This document shows, piece after piece, positions 22,068 through 31,880 of a stretch of DNA of 64,000 nt. Source of the DNA: an uncultured Chloroflexia bacterium (GTDB lineage: Bacteria; Chloroflexota; Limnocylindria; QHBO01); assembly GCA_963825525.1 (NCBI GenBank), contig CAWGTN010000002.1, forward strand, positions 864,001 through 928,000. Direction: 5' to 3'. The notes beneath the pieces were generated by a model. The model saw nothing but the letters and a program-made list of their open reading frames with translations. It was not told where the DNA came from and made no database searches. The position numbers and the translations under genes were made by a program. Position 1 is the first letter of the stretch. Every line of letters starts with the position of its first letter.

Positions 22068-24002
22068 GTGCCTGTCGCCTTCAGTCTGTCGCACATTCGC
22101 GGCAGACACCTCATCGCAATCGACCTGATCGCCATCGGGCTATCGGTTGTGATCGCACTCTTTCTCTGGGATGCGGGGGGCATCGTGCGCGACCTCCGAC
22201 CCTACCTGCCGATGCTGGTCATGCCGCTCCTCGTCCGCCCCCTGCTCAACGTCCGCTTCGGGCTGTATCGCCAGCTGTGGCGGCACGCCAGCATCCCGGA
22301 GATGCTCCAGATCATGATGGCCATTGCCGCAGGCTCGCTCGTGTCGATCGGAGCTGTTGGCCTCCTCGACGCTGCGATCAGCGGCGTGTCCGTGCTCACG
22401 ACGAGCACGTTCTGGGTTCTCGAGGGATTCCTGAGCCTTGCCGCACTGGGTGGCGTGCGGTTCGCGATCCGCGCCTCGGCTGAAGCCCGCGCCAATCAGC
22501 TCGAGGCCCCAACCGAGGGCATTCCGACCATCCTGTATGGCGCCGGCATCGGCGGCGTGATGGTGGTCCGATCGGCTCGAGACCCACGCTCACGCATTCG
22601 GCCCATCGGGTTCCTGGATGACGACGAGCGACTCCACGGCAACGACGTCGCCGGCCTGATGGTGCACGGCGGTCTCGACAAGCTCGAGGAGCTCATGGCC
22701 GAGACCGGCGCGCGACGACTTCTGATCACGACGGCCAACGCCAGCGGCAAGGCGATGCGCCGAATCGTTCGCGAGGCGACCCGGGTCGGCCTCGAGGTAC
22801 GAACGGTGCCGCGCATCTACGAGTTGTTCGACGGCACGGTCGACGCGCACCGCATCCGCCGCGTCCAGGTGGATGACCTGCTGCATCGGCCGGCGGTTGC
22901 CGAGCACGTTGACGGCGTCACCGACCTGATCGCCGGCCAGACTGTGCTCATCACCGGAGCAGGCGGCTCCATCGGCTCCGAGCTGGCCCGACAGGTGCAT
23001 TCCATGCGCCCGGCACGCCTGATCCTGGTGGATCGTGCCGAAGGACCGCTCTACGGAATCCAGCGCGAGCTCCAGGTCGCTGCCCAGCGGAACACCGGCG
23101 GCGGCGAGTTGTCGGTGCACATCGCGAACGTCGCGACGCGGGCGACCATGCGCAGGCTGGTCCGCACGGGCCGCCCGGACATCATCTTCCACGCGGCGGC
23201 GTACAAGCACGTGCCGATGATGGAGGAGCATCCTTCCGACGCCGTGCAGGTGAACATCGGCGGCACGCTGTCCGTCCTTGAGGCGGCTGAGGCCTATAAC
23301 GTCCCGCATCTCATCTTCGTCTCGACCGATAAGGCAGTCAGACCATCGAGCGTGATGGGGGCCACGAAGCGCGTAGCCGAGGGGCTGATCAGCGAAGCCG
23401 CCTCACGGACTGGGAACCGCTACGTGTCGGTCCGGTTCGGGAACGTGCTCGGGTCATCCGGCAGCGTCGTCCCGATCTTCCAGCAGCAGCTGGAGAAGGG
23501 CGAGCCGCTGACGATCACCCACCCCGATATCACCCGGTACTTCATGACGATCCGCGAGGCTGTGTGGCTGATCCTGGACGCAACGGCCATCGGGTCGCCG
23601 GGCAGCCTGCTCGTGCTCGACATGGGCGAGCCGGTCAAGATCGTGGACCTCGCCCAGGACCTCATTCGCCTGTCGGGCCGCGGCCCGGAATCGGTCGCCA
23701 TCGAGTTCACCGGCCTCAGGCCCGGCGAGAAGCTCCACGAGGAGCTGTTCTACGCCGCCGAACGCATCACGCCGACGGTCAGCGAGAAGGTCATGCTCGC
23801 GGCTGCGCAGCCCCCACTGGCCGATATCCGCGACCACACGGCACACCTGATCTCTCTCGCCACCGGCGACTCCGACGACGAGCTCCGAGTCGAGCTGTTC
23901 CGCACGACCGATCTTCTCGAGAAGCGGCAGGACGCTCGCCCCCGCGACACGAACCGACGGCCCCGCCCGGTGCCCGCACCGGCGACCTTCGCCCAGCGCT
24001 GA
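22068..24002 (+). CDS. Membrane-bound UDP-GlcNAc 4,6-dehydratase (CapD/PglF/WbpM family)
   Basis: 4 TM N-terminus; TGAGGSIGSEL, HAAAYKHVP, STDKAV, VRFGNVLGSSGSV, GLRPGEKLHEEL; start approximate. Confidence 0.95.
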   Translation: MPVAFSLSHIRGRHLIAIDLIAIGLSVVIALFLWDAGGIVRDLRPYLPMLVMPLLVRPLLNVRFGLYRQLWRHASIPEMLQIMMAIAAGSLVSIGAVGLLDAAISGVSVLTTSTFWVLEGFLSLAALGGVRFAIRASAEARANQLEAPTEGIPTILYGAGIGGVMVVRSARDPRSRIRPIGFLDDDERLHGNDVAGLMVHGGLDKLEELMAETGARRLLITTANASGKAMRRIVREATRVGLEVRTVPRIYELFDGTVDAHRIRRVQVDDLLHRPAVAEHVDGVTDLIAGQTVLITGAGGSIGSELARQVHSMRPARLILVDRAEGPLYGIQRELQVAAQRNTGGGELSVHIANVATRATMRRLVRTGRPDIIFHAAAYKHVPMMEEHPSDAVQVNIGGTLSVLEAAEAYNVPHLIFVSTDKAVRPSSVMGATKRVAEGLISEAASRTGNRYVSVRFGNVLGSSGSVVPIFQQQLEKGEPLTITHPDITRYFMTIREAVWLILDATAIGSPGSLLVLDMGEPVKIVDLAQDLIRLSGRGPESVAIEFTGLRPGEKLHEELFYAAERITPTVSEKVMLAAAQPPLADIRDHTAHLISLATGDSDDELRVELFRTTDLLEKRQDARPRDTNRRPRPVPAPATFAQR

Positions 24003-24071
24003 TCCCCGCCGGAGGCCGAACCGCATGCCACGCGGCTAGGCGGTATGCTGCCCATCCAATGGAGGGCTGAG

Positions 24072-24905
24072 ATGGACGTTCGCGGGTGGCTGCTCTTCCT
24101 GCGCGATTGGTTCGTCGTTCTGCTGGTCGGAACGACCCTGGCTGGTGGTGCCGCCTTTGCCGTCTCGTCCGTGCTTCCTCGCACGTACGAGGCACAAGCA
24201 ACACTGCTCGTCGGCCAATCCCTCACCGCGCCGAACCCCGATTACAGCCAGCTGCTCGCATCGCAGGTCATCGCCCAGACCTACGCGGAGGTCGCCACCG
24301 CACGACCGAACCTGGAGAATGTCATCGCCGCGCTGACACTCGCCATGACCCCCGAGGAGCTCGCCCAGGCCGTCGAGGCTCGGGCCCCGGCCAACAGCAC
24401 GCTCGTCATCGTCACCGCCACGGCCGGTGATGCTGCCCTGGCCGCATCGATGTCGAATGCGCTCTCACAGTCGTTGCTCGATATCGTCAGCGACACGGGT
24501 ACCGGCGTCACGGATGCCGACGTGGTCGAGATCGACGCCGAGATCGACGCCGCGACCGGGCGCATCGACGAGCTCCTCGCCCTCGGCTCGCTCACCGACG
24601 GACAGCAGGCCACGATCAACGCGCTGCGGGACCAGGTGACGACGCTCCGGGGACAGCGAAGTGACCTGCTCGCCGAGCTGACCGGCTCCTCGAACCGGCT
24701 GAGCGTCATCGAGCCCGCCATCACGCCCGTGGAGCCGGTTTCTCCACGCGTCATCCTCAACACGGCCATCGGCGCGTTCCTGGGGCTGGTCATCGCCACC
24801 CTGGCCGCCTACGCATTCGAATCGGCCGTGCGTCCGGAGGCGCTGACTCGCCGATCGACGAGCATGGCCGCACCGTTGCCGGGCCTGCGCGCCCGCAACA
24901 GGTAA
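24072..24905 (+). CDS. Wzz/CpsC-like polysaccharide co-polymerase
   Basis: N-terminal TM, TYEAQATLLV, coiled coil, IEPAITPVEPVSPR plus C-terminal TM; no kinase domain. Confidence 0.85.
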   Translation: MDVRGWLLFLRDWFVVLLVGTTLAGGAAFAVSSVLPRTYEAQATLLVGQSLTAPNPDYSQLLASQVIAQTYAEVATARPNLENVIAALTLAMTPEELAQAVEARAPANSTLVIVTATAGDAALAASMSNALSQSLLDIVSDTGTGVTDADVVEIDAEIDAATGRIDELLALGSLTDGQQATINALRDQVTTLRGQRSDLLAELTGSSNRLSVIEPAITPVEPVSPRVILNTAIGAFLGLVIATLAAYAFESAVRPEALTRRSTSMAAPLPGLRARNR

Positions 24906-24919
24906 GTCCGCCTCGGGAG

Positions 24920-26101
24920 CTAGCGACGGCGAGCCGGCTCCAGGATCGCCTCGAGGGCAGCCACCACTCGGTCAACGGCGTCGTCGCCCATTCCCGGCCA
25001 CAGTGGCAGTGAGAGCACGCGGTTGAACTCCCGGGTTGCCACCGGGAACGCCTCCGCCGTCGCGCCCAGGCGGTCCCGATAGAAGGGATGCAGGTGGAGC
25101 GGAATGAAATGAACGCTGCTGCCGATGCCGGCCTCGCGCAGCCGCTCGATGACCTCCCCACGATCAACTGACAGCCGATCGAGCATCAGCCGCAGGATGA
25201 ACAGGTGCCACGCGTGTCCCGGACCATCAGCAGGAAGCTCGACCAGGTCAGACACCGATGAGCTCTCGAATCGGGCGCGGTAGGCGGTGGCGAGCGCAGA
25301 GCGTGCGTGGAGGAGCTCATCGGCCCGACCGAGCTGGACGAGGCCCAGCGCCGCTGCCAGATCCGTCATGTTGTACTTGTAGCCCGCCTCCGCAACTTCG
25401 TAGTACCAGCTGCCCGTGGCCGAGTATCGGTTCCACGCGTCGTGGCTGATGCCGTGCAGTGCCATCATCCGGGCGCGGGCTGCGATCGCATCGTCATCGG
25501 TAACGAGCATCCCTCCCTCCCCGGTGGTGATGGTCTTGGTGGCATAGAAGGAGTAGGCGCCCGCGGCGCCGATTGTCCCGGCCAGACGACCCTCGAGTGA
25601 TGGGATCGGACTCGGGAAGGCGTGGGCTGCGTCCTCGACCACCGGAATGCCACGGGGCGCCGTGTGCGACAGCAGCCCGGCCAGATCAATCGGAAGCCCG
25701 CCGAGGTGCACCGCCATGACTGCCTTCGTTCGCTCGGTGACCGCGGCCGCGACGGCGTCCGGCGTCGCGTTCAGGGTGATCGGGTCGACGTCGACGAGGA
25801 CCGGACGCGCGCCAAGGTAGACAGCGACCTCGGCGGTGGCCGTGAAGGTCCAGGTCGGGACGATGATCTCGTCCCCGGGCCCGACCCCCAGCGCCTCGAG
25901 CGCGAGGTGCAGGCCGGCGGTGGCTGAGTTCAGCGCAATGGCGTGCTTGACGCCGACCCGAGTCGCGAACGCCGCTTCGAACTCCCTGGTCCGTGGCCCG
26001 GTGGTCAGCCACCCTGAGCGGAGCACCTCGACGACCGCCTCGATCTCCCGCGGGGTGATCGAGGGCCGAGCGAAGGCGAGGAAGTCGTCGCGATGATCCA
26101 T
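24920..26101 (-). CDS. DegT/DnrJ/EryC1/StrS sugar aminotransferase
   Basis: SGWLTTGP, EDAAHA, SFYATKTITTGEGG, GYKYNMTD. Confidence 0.96.
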   Translation of the reverse strand: MDHRDDFLAFARPSITPREIEAVVEVLRSGWLTTGPRTREFEAAFATRVGVKHAIALNSATAGLHLALEALGVGPGDEIIVPTWTFTATAEVAVYLGARPVLVDVDPITLNATPDAVAAAVTERTKAVMAVHLGGLPIDLAGLLSHTAPRGIPVVEDAAHAFPSPIPSLEGRLAGTIGAAGAYSFYATKTITTGEGGMLVTDDDAIAARARMMALHGISHDAWNRYSATGSWYYEVAEAGYKYNMTDLAAALGLVQLGRADELLHARSALATAYRARFESSSVSDLVELPADGPGHAWHLFILRLMLDRLSVDRGEVIERLREAGIGSSVHFIPLHLHPFYRDRLGATAEAFPVATREFNRVLSLPLWPGMGDDAVDRVVAALEAILEPARRR

Positions 26102-26114
26102 TTGCGCTGAGAGC

Positions 26115-26732
26115 CTATCGCGTTCGCGCGCGAAGGGTCACGCGGCTCACCACCAGGGCGGCCGTACCCAGGATGATCCGGACGTCCAGTCGCATCGACC
26201 GGGTCATGAGGTAGCGGTGATCGAGCTCGAGCTTCCCCGGAAGGATGTCCGATCGGTATCGATGGATCGGATCGCCGTCGCGATGAAGTGACTCCTCATC
26301 CGCGAACGCCAGCTGCGCAAGGCCGGTGATCCCCGGGCGGCTCGCGAAGACCACCCGGTGGACCGGATTCGTCCAGTCGACGAACTGCTCATCCTCTGGA
26401 CGCGGTCCTACCAGCGTCATCTCGCCGCGGATCACGTTCCAGAGCTGTGGCAGCTCATCCACCTTCGATCGTCTCAGGAGCCGCCCGACGCGCGTCACGC
26501 GCGGGTCGTCGTGGCCGGTGAGCGGTCCCCCACTCAGCCCATCCCGCATCGTTCGCAGCTTGATCACGCGAAACGGGCGGCCGTGCTCACCGACGCGCAC
26601 CGCGCGATACAGGACCGGGCCGCGGTCGCCGGACATTCGATTTACGAGCGACACGATGCCGACCAGGGGGATGAGCGCCACGCCCATCGGAAGGGCGATC
26701 GCCAGGTCGAGCAGTCGCTTGCCGATCGTCAT
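26115..26732 (-). CDS. Initiating phosphoglycosyl transferase (small, PglC-like)
   Basis: KRLLD, KLRTM, DPRVTRVG, DELPQLWNV.RGEM.LVGPRP, PGITGLAQ. Confidence 0.93.
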   Translation of the reverse strand: MTIGKRLLDLAIALPMGVALIPLVGIVSLVNRMSGDRGPVLYRAVRVGEHGRPFRVIKLRTMRDGLSGGPLTGHDDPRVTRVGRLLRRSKVDELPQLWNVIRGEMTLVGPRPEDEQFVDWTNPVHRVVFASRPGITGLAQLAFADEESLHRDGDPIHRYRSDILPGKLELDHRYLMTRSMRLDVRIILGTAALVVSRVTLRARTR

Positions 26733-27958
26733 TCCGGCGGCGCTCCGTTCGGGCGGCCCGTCTCGCGGGACCCCGACTCCACCACGGCACGGTAGATCTC
26801 TGCCAACCGGAGCCCATTGCGGTCGACGTCGTAATGCTCCTCGACGTGTCCTCGGAGGGCGTCCCCGGTCACTTCGGCCACCGATGGATCGGCAACCAGG
26901 TGCCTGAGGGCACGCGACACGGCCTGGGGCGAGATCTCGTCGAGGAGGATGCCTCGCCCTCCTTCAAGGAGCTCGGGGATCCCACCGACGCGTGAGGCGA
27001 TCACCGCGCGTCCCAGCGACCCGGCCTCGACCACGACCGTGGGAAGGCCCTCGCCATGAGAGGGCAGCACCAGGACGTCCGCGGCAGCCAGGTGGCGCGC
27101 CACGTCGGCATTGGGCAGGCTGCCGAGCCACCGAATCTGGTCGCCACTCCGCTCCTCGAGCGAGCGGCGCTCCGGTCCGTCACCGATGACCCACCCGACG
27201 ACCGGTCCCCCGGCCAGCTCGACCCCCTCCACGAACTCGTGGATCCCCTTCGCGATCTGGAGGTTGCCGATGAAGACCGCCACGAGCGCCGTCGGCGGGA
27301 TCGCAAGCGCCTGTCGCACCATCTCGCGAGCTCCGTGCGAGGCGCGCCGAAACGCGTCGTGGTCGATCCCCAGCGGGAGTGGCGTGGCCCGAACGCCGGC
27401 GAGCTGGTGAACCCGGCCGGCGAGCGCCTGGCTGACCGAGATGACGGCCGAGGCGCCGCGCAGCGCTGCGATGAGGGGCGCTCGCCACTCCGGACGGTCA
27501 TCGGGCCACGTGTTCACGTCATCGCCGTGCATCGTGAGCACGTAGGGAACGCCCGCGCGGCGGGCGACGCGTCCGGCGGCGATTCCCGCGACGGAGAAGT
27601 GACCGTGGATCAGTCCGGCGCCCCGCCAGGCCCTCCGAACGCGCCACGCGGCGGAGGCAACGGCCCGGTCCGGAGCAAGCACCCGGAGGTCTTGAGGCGG
27701 CGCCGGGTACCGCGGGCGGAGGATGGTGACCCCGTCAGTCGACTCGACCCTCGGAGCTCTTCGGTATCGGTCCCACCGCGGCTGAAGCCTGTTGATCGGC
27801 CACGGAGCCCAGGGAGTCGGAGCCACCACGGTCAGCTCGACACCGGCCCGCGCCAGCGCCATCGCCTGGGTGCGGTAGAAGATGCCACTCACGTGGTCAT
27901 CCGCCCACGGGTAGTTGGGGACGAGCCACATCACCGGCGGCACTGGCGTGTCCGGCAT
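26729..27958 (-). CDS. Glycosyltransferase family 4 (TuaC-like)
   Basis: HGDDVN, KGIHEF, LPSHGEGLPTVVVEA, SRVGGIPE. Confidence 0.9.
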   Translation of the reverse strand: MPDTPVPPVMWLVPNYPWADDHVSGIFYRTQAMALARAGVELTVVAPTPWAPWPINRLQPRWDRYRRAPRVESTDGVTILRPRYPAPPQDLRVLAPDRAVASAAWRVRRAWRGAGLIHGHFSVAGIAAGRVARRAGVPYVLTMHGDDVNTWPDDRPEWRAPLIAALRGASAVISVSQALAGRVHQLAGVRATPLPLGIDHDAFRRASHGAREMVRQALAIPPTALVAVFIGNLQIAKGIHEFVEGVELAGGPVVGWVIGDGPERRSLEERSGDQIRWLGSLPNADVARHLAAADVLVLPSHGEGLPTVVVEAGSLGRAVIASRVGGIPELLEGGRGILLDEISPQAVSRALRHLVADPSVAEVTGDALRGHVEEHYDVDRNGLRLAEIYRAVVESGSRETGRPNGAPPE

Positions 27959-29355
27959 CAGGGCTCGCTCACCCACGTCTGACGAATTCGATCGACGCGT
28001 CGGCGGTGCTCCTCGTCGTCCTCGCGACGCGCCTGGAGACGCAACGATGTCGCATGCCACGCGTATCCCAGGGCGATGGCGATCATGAGCCAGACCTGCT
28101 TTCGGTTGAATACGTCAAGAAACAGTGACTGGGCGAGCAGCGCCAACAGGATCGTTCGGGTCGCACCGCCGTCGGCCTGCCAACCGTCGCGCAGCAGGGC
28201 GGTGAGGAGGAAGATGGCCAGCAGGAAGCCACCCACCAACCCGAGCTCGGTGAGCGTGCCGACCACGCTGGAGTGCGGTGCGAGCCCGGGAATCAGGACC
28301 CCTGGGTTCAGGCCCGGAACGTTGACGTCGCGGATGATCTCCGGCGTGAATGCGACCGGGAAGTTGCCGTAGCCGACCCCGATGAACGGGTGGTCGGCGA
28401 AGATCGCCAGGCCGACCGACCAGATGTCGACCCGGCCGGCGCCCCCGGTCTCGAGCGCCGATCCAGCCCTGCCCCCCACGTAGTCGCCGATCTCCGGGAT
28501 CTGGATGACGGCCACGACAGACAGGGTCAGGAGGAGCGCCGGAACGACGGCGCGCGTTCCGAGCCGGGGAACGACGCCCAGCAGGAAGCCGATGCCGACT
28601 GCGAGCCAGGCACTCCGAGTACCACTCAGCAGGATCGCGCCCGCCAGCACCACGAGGCTGAATGCCACGCGACCGATGCGCTGGCGGCCTCGCAGCTCGA
28701 AGATCATGAAGAAGAACGCGGGTATCAGGATCGCGGCGAACTGGGCAGGATCCTGCGACTCGAAGGCCTCCGCCCGTCCGAAGGCGAGGAACGAAGCACC
28801 GGTCGCGAATGCGCCGATCGCGATCGCGGCGGTGGCCACCGCCGCCACCGAGTAGGTCCACATGATCACGCGAACGAGCTCCGGTCTACCGGCCACCAGA
28901 TCGGCCACCACCACGGTCATGAGGAACAGCTGGACCACCGTCAGGACCTGCGTGACCGTCACGGCAGGATCCAGTGCCCACAGCGCGCTCACGGCCGCCC
29001 ACGCGACGAATCCCCAACCGGCCAATGGCATGGCCCGCAGCTCGAGATGTCCGAAGCGCCGGAGGGCATACCCTGCGAAGAACACGATCCCCACCAGTCG
29101 GGTGACGGTCGCGGCCTCACCGAGGACGAGGATCGACTCGATCGGAATGAGGACGACGTAGAGGAGCAGGAACGGAACCGGTCGGGCGAGCGTGATGACG
29201 ATGCCGGCTACGCTCAATGCCCCCAGCGCAACGATTCCGAGCAGCCCGCGGAAGGTCGCTGCGGCGACCAGCGGCGGAAGGATGACGATGATCGCCGCCA
29301 GATACAGCCACGGTGGGACCGAGGTCAGGAGCCAGCGGCTGGCGTCGCGCATCAT
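27958..29355 (-). CDS. O-antigen ligase/polymerase family (Wzy_C) membrane protein
   Basis: About 11 TM; LSGTRSAW, GRVDIW, HPFIGVGYGNF, PHS...ELGLVG. Confidence 0.9.
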   Translation of the reverse strand: MMRDASRWLLTSVPPWLYLAAIIVILPPLVAAATFRGLLGIVALGALSVAGIVITLARPVPFLLLYVVLIPIESILVLGEAATVTRLVGIVFFAGYALRRFGHLELRAMPLAGWGFVAWAAVSALWALDPAVTVTQVLTVVQLFLMTVVVADLVAGRPELVRVIMWTYSVAAVATAAIAIGAFATGASFLAFGRAEAFESQDPAQFAAILIPAFFFMIFELRGRQRIGRVAFSLVVLAGAILLSGTRSAWLAVGIGFLLGVVPRLGTRAVVPALLLTLSVVAVIQIPEIGDYVGGRAGSALETGGAGRVDIWSVGLAIFADHPFIGVGYGNFPVAFTPEIIRDVNVPGLNPGVLIPGLAPHSSVVGTLTELGLVGGFLLAIFLLTALLRDGWQADGGATRTILLALLAQSLFLDVFNRKQVWLMIAIALGYAWHATSLRLQARREDDEEHRRRVDRIRQTWVSEP

Positions 29356-30695
29356 CGGCGCACGTCCGATGTCACGGCGTCGTCGAGCACCGCACCGAGC
29401 CGGGCAACGACCCTGCCGCGCTCGAACTTCCGCTCAGGATCCGCAACCGATCGACGATCGCGCTCGATGACGAAGCGGTGCAACGCGTCCGCCACCGACT
29501 GAGCGGAAGGCGACGCGATGGTCCCCCACCCGATGTCGGTCAGCAGGTCACGAGCGTCGCCCTGCGGAAGCATGGCGAAGATGGGGCGATCCGCTCCGAG
29601 GTACTCGTAGAGCTTTCCGCCGATGAAAAGACCCATGCCCGGCCCCTCGCCGAGCAGCAGGAGGGCCCCGTCGGCCTGATCAAGGCGACGCCTGGCCTCG
29701 GCCCGAGGAACGAACCCCGCATGCGAGATCACGTCCCGCCCGAGGTCCTCGCGCGCGGCTGCAATGAGCTTGCGGCACGCGTCCGTCGCATGACCGAGGA
29801 ACTCGACGCGGATGACCGGCCGATCCGCCTGCCAGGCCCGATATCGACGCAGGCCGTCGAGGAAGATCGCGAGCTCAGCCGGCCGATCGAGCGTTCCCGC
29901 GTACACGATCGATACTCCGGGGCCATCCACCGCCGGCTCGAGGGGGCGGGCAGGTTGGTCGGCACCGGCCGATCGGAGGTCGTAGGCGTTCGTCACCGTC
30001 GAGAATCGATCCGCCCGTGACGGATAGCGGCGCCGATACAGCTCGGTGAGGGATGGAGTCACGAAGACGCACCTCTCCGCCGTACCGACGATCCAGCGCT
30101 CGATGCGCCGTGCCAGCACGCGCTGCATCCATGGCGCCGGATGCGCCAGCGCGTTGCCCACCCACGGGTCCCGGAACTCCGCGATCCACGGGACGCCGGT
30201 CACGCGGGCAATGAGACCGGCGGCCAGGTGTGCGCTGACCGGCGACGAGCTCGAAAGCACGGCCGCGACGGGCTCGCGCCGATGCTGACGAATCCCGGCC
30301 AGGATGGCAAAGGGAACCCATCCCACCTGGTCGTCCGGGAAGAACAGGAGCCGGCGGAGCCGCTCCAGCGGGCTACGGGGCCCCGTTACGGCCGCCGCGT
30401 CGACATCCGCATCGGCCGTCCCGTAGCCCGGCCGCACGTTCAGACCCAGGACGCGCCGAACTGCCCGCTTCATGCCGGCAGGCTCGATGATCATGGTGCG
30501 GATGCTCCGGGTGCCGGCCGGGACGCTCGACAGCAGGCCCGGGTCCTGGAGGTGATAGGCCGAGTGCCTTGGCGTCACCACGGTCACGTCCCAGCCATGG
30601 TCGGGCAGGTGGCGCACGTGACCGAGGGTGCGCGGCACGCTCACGCCTCCGATGGGTGGGAAGAAGAACGCGATGAACAGCAGGCGCCGGCTCAT
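29352..30695 (-). CDS. Glycosyltransferase family 4
   Basis: FFPPIGG, FFPDDQVGW, EFRDPW, YAGTL, GKLYEYL. Confidence 0.9.
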   Translation of the reverse strand: MSRRLLFIAFFFPPIGGVSVPRTLGHVRHLPDHGWDVTVVTPRHSAYHLQDPGLLSSVPAGTRSIRTMIIEPAGMKRAVRRVLGLNVRPGYGTADADVDAAAVTGPRSPLERLRRLLFFPDDQVGWVPFAILAGIRQHRREPVAAVLSSSSPVSAHLAAGLIARVTGVPWIAEFRDPWVGNALAHPAPWMQRVLARRIERWIVGTAERCVFVTPSLTELYRRRYPSRADRFSTVTNAYDLRSAGADQPARPLEPAVDGPGVSIVYAGTLDRPAELAIFLDGLRRYRAWQADRPVIRVEFLGHATDACRKLIAAAREDLGRDVISHAGFVPRAEARRRLDQADGALLLLGEGPGMGLFIGGKLYEYLGADRPIFAMLPQGDARDLLTDIGWGTIASPSAQSVADALHRFVIERDRRSVADPERKFERGRVVARLGAVLDDAVTSDVRR

Positions 30696-31804
30696 GTGGA
30701 CCGCGCCAGCTCGAGATAGTGGGCTTCGACCGCGAGCATGTTGCGGGCGTGATCGGCCCGGCTCATGACTTCCTCACGGCCCCGCCGCAGGAGATCATCG
30801 CGGGCCTCGTCGGGGAGATCCAACGCGCGCCCGATGGCCGCCGCAATGCTCGCCGCATCGGGATTGCGCACCACAAGATCGCCCCGACCGCCCGAGTACC
30901 ACTCGCGCAGACTGGGAAGATCGCCGACCACGGTGGGCCGGCCACACGCCATAGCCTCCAGCAGGGTCACCGGCGTTCCGTCACTGATGGGCACGCTGAC
31001 CACCACATCGGCCGCATTCAGGTAGGTCGGCATCTCGTCATGCGGGATCTCGGGGACGATCACGAGGCGATCGGCGATGCCGGCGCGTACGGCGGCATCG
31101 TGCAGCTGCCGAACGGCCTCTGGCTGTGCGCCACGAGCGCTCACCACCATGACCAGGTCGTCGGGAAGGCAGGCCATGGCATCGACCACCAGCTCGTGGC
31201 GGTACAACGGCAGCAGGGTCCGCGGCGAGAGAACGATCCGGCCGCCGGCGGGGGCCAGGCGTTGACGGAGGTCGGCCGCATCGCCGGGGGCAAACGCCTG
31301 GGTGTCGACCCCGAACTGGATGACCTCGGTCCGTGACCGCCGCGCCCCGGCACTCACGGCCGCGCGAGCGAGGTGAGCCGAGTCAGCGGTCACGAGCGCG
31401 GCGCCGCGCAGCGCGAGACGACCGAGTGCCCGCGCCTTGAACCCTGCCAGATCGAGGTAGACGTCAGACCCCCACACGGTGATGGCGTACGGACGAAATC
31501 CGCTGGCCCAGGCGAGCCAGCCCTGGGCCGTCAGGTAGTGCGCGTGGACGACGTGAGGATCCACCTTGCGCACGACGCGTCGCAGCCGGCGAATCATGTC
31601 CACGGCGCGTGCCGGCTGGCGGGAGCGTCCCGGCGGCTCGATCCGTATGATGGACGGGCCGTTGGGATCGTCCGGCGGAACCGGTCGATCATGGCGGACG
31701 ATGACTGCCACGTCGTGCCCGCGCGCCACAAAGAAGCGAGCCCACCGCTGCGTGTGGGTCTCGGTGGGGTCCGCGAAGAACGCAAGGCGGAGGCGGGTCG
31801 TCAT
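30692..31804 (-). CDS. Glycosyltransferase family 4
   Basis: HTQRWA, VHAHY, WGSDV, SPRTL.PLY, SDGTPVTLLEAMACG. Confidence 0.9.
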   Translation of the reverse strand: MTTRLRLAFFADPTETHTQRWARFFVARGHDVAVIVRHDRPVPPDDPNGPSIIRIEPPGRSRQPARAVDMIRRLRRVVRKVDPHVVHAHYLTAQGWLAWASGFRPYAITVWGSDVYLDLAGFKARALGRLALRGAALVTADSAHLARAAVSAGARRSRTEVIQFGVDTQAFAPGDAADLRQRLAPAGGRIVLSPRTLLPLYRHELVVDAMACLPDDLVMVVSARGAQPEAVRQLHDAAVRAGIADRLVIVPEIPHDEMPTYLNAADVVVSVPISDGTPVTLLEAMACGRPTVVGDLPSLREWYSGGRGDLVVRNPDAASIAAAIGRALDLPDEARDDLLRRGREEVMSRADHARNMLAVEAHYLELARST

Positions 31805-31880
31805 GGGCGGCCAATCATACAGTCGTGCTGCGGTACGCCCCGGTGGCCGATTCGGGGACTCGGGGCGCGGAAATGGGGCT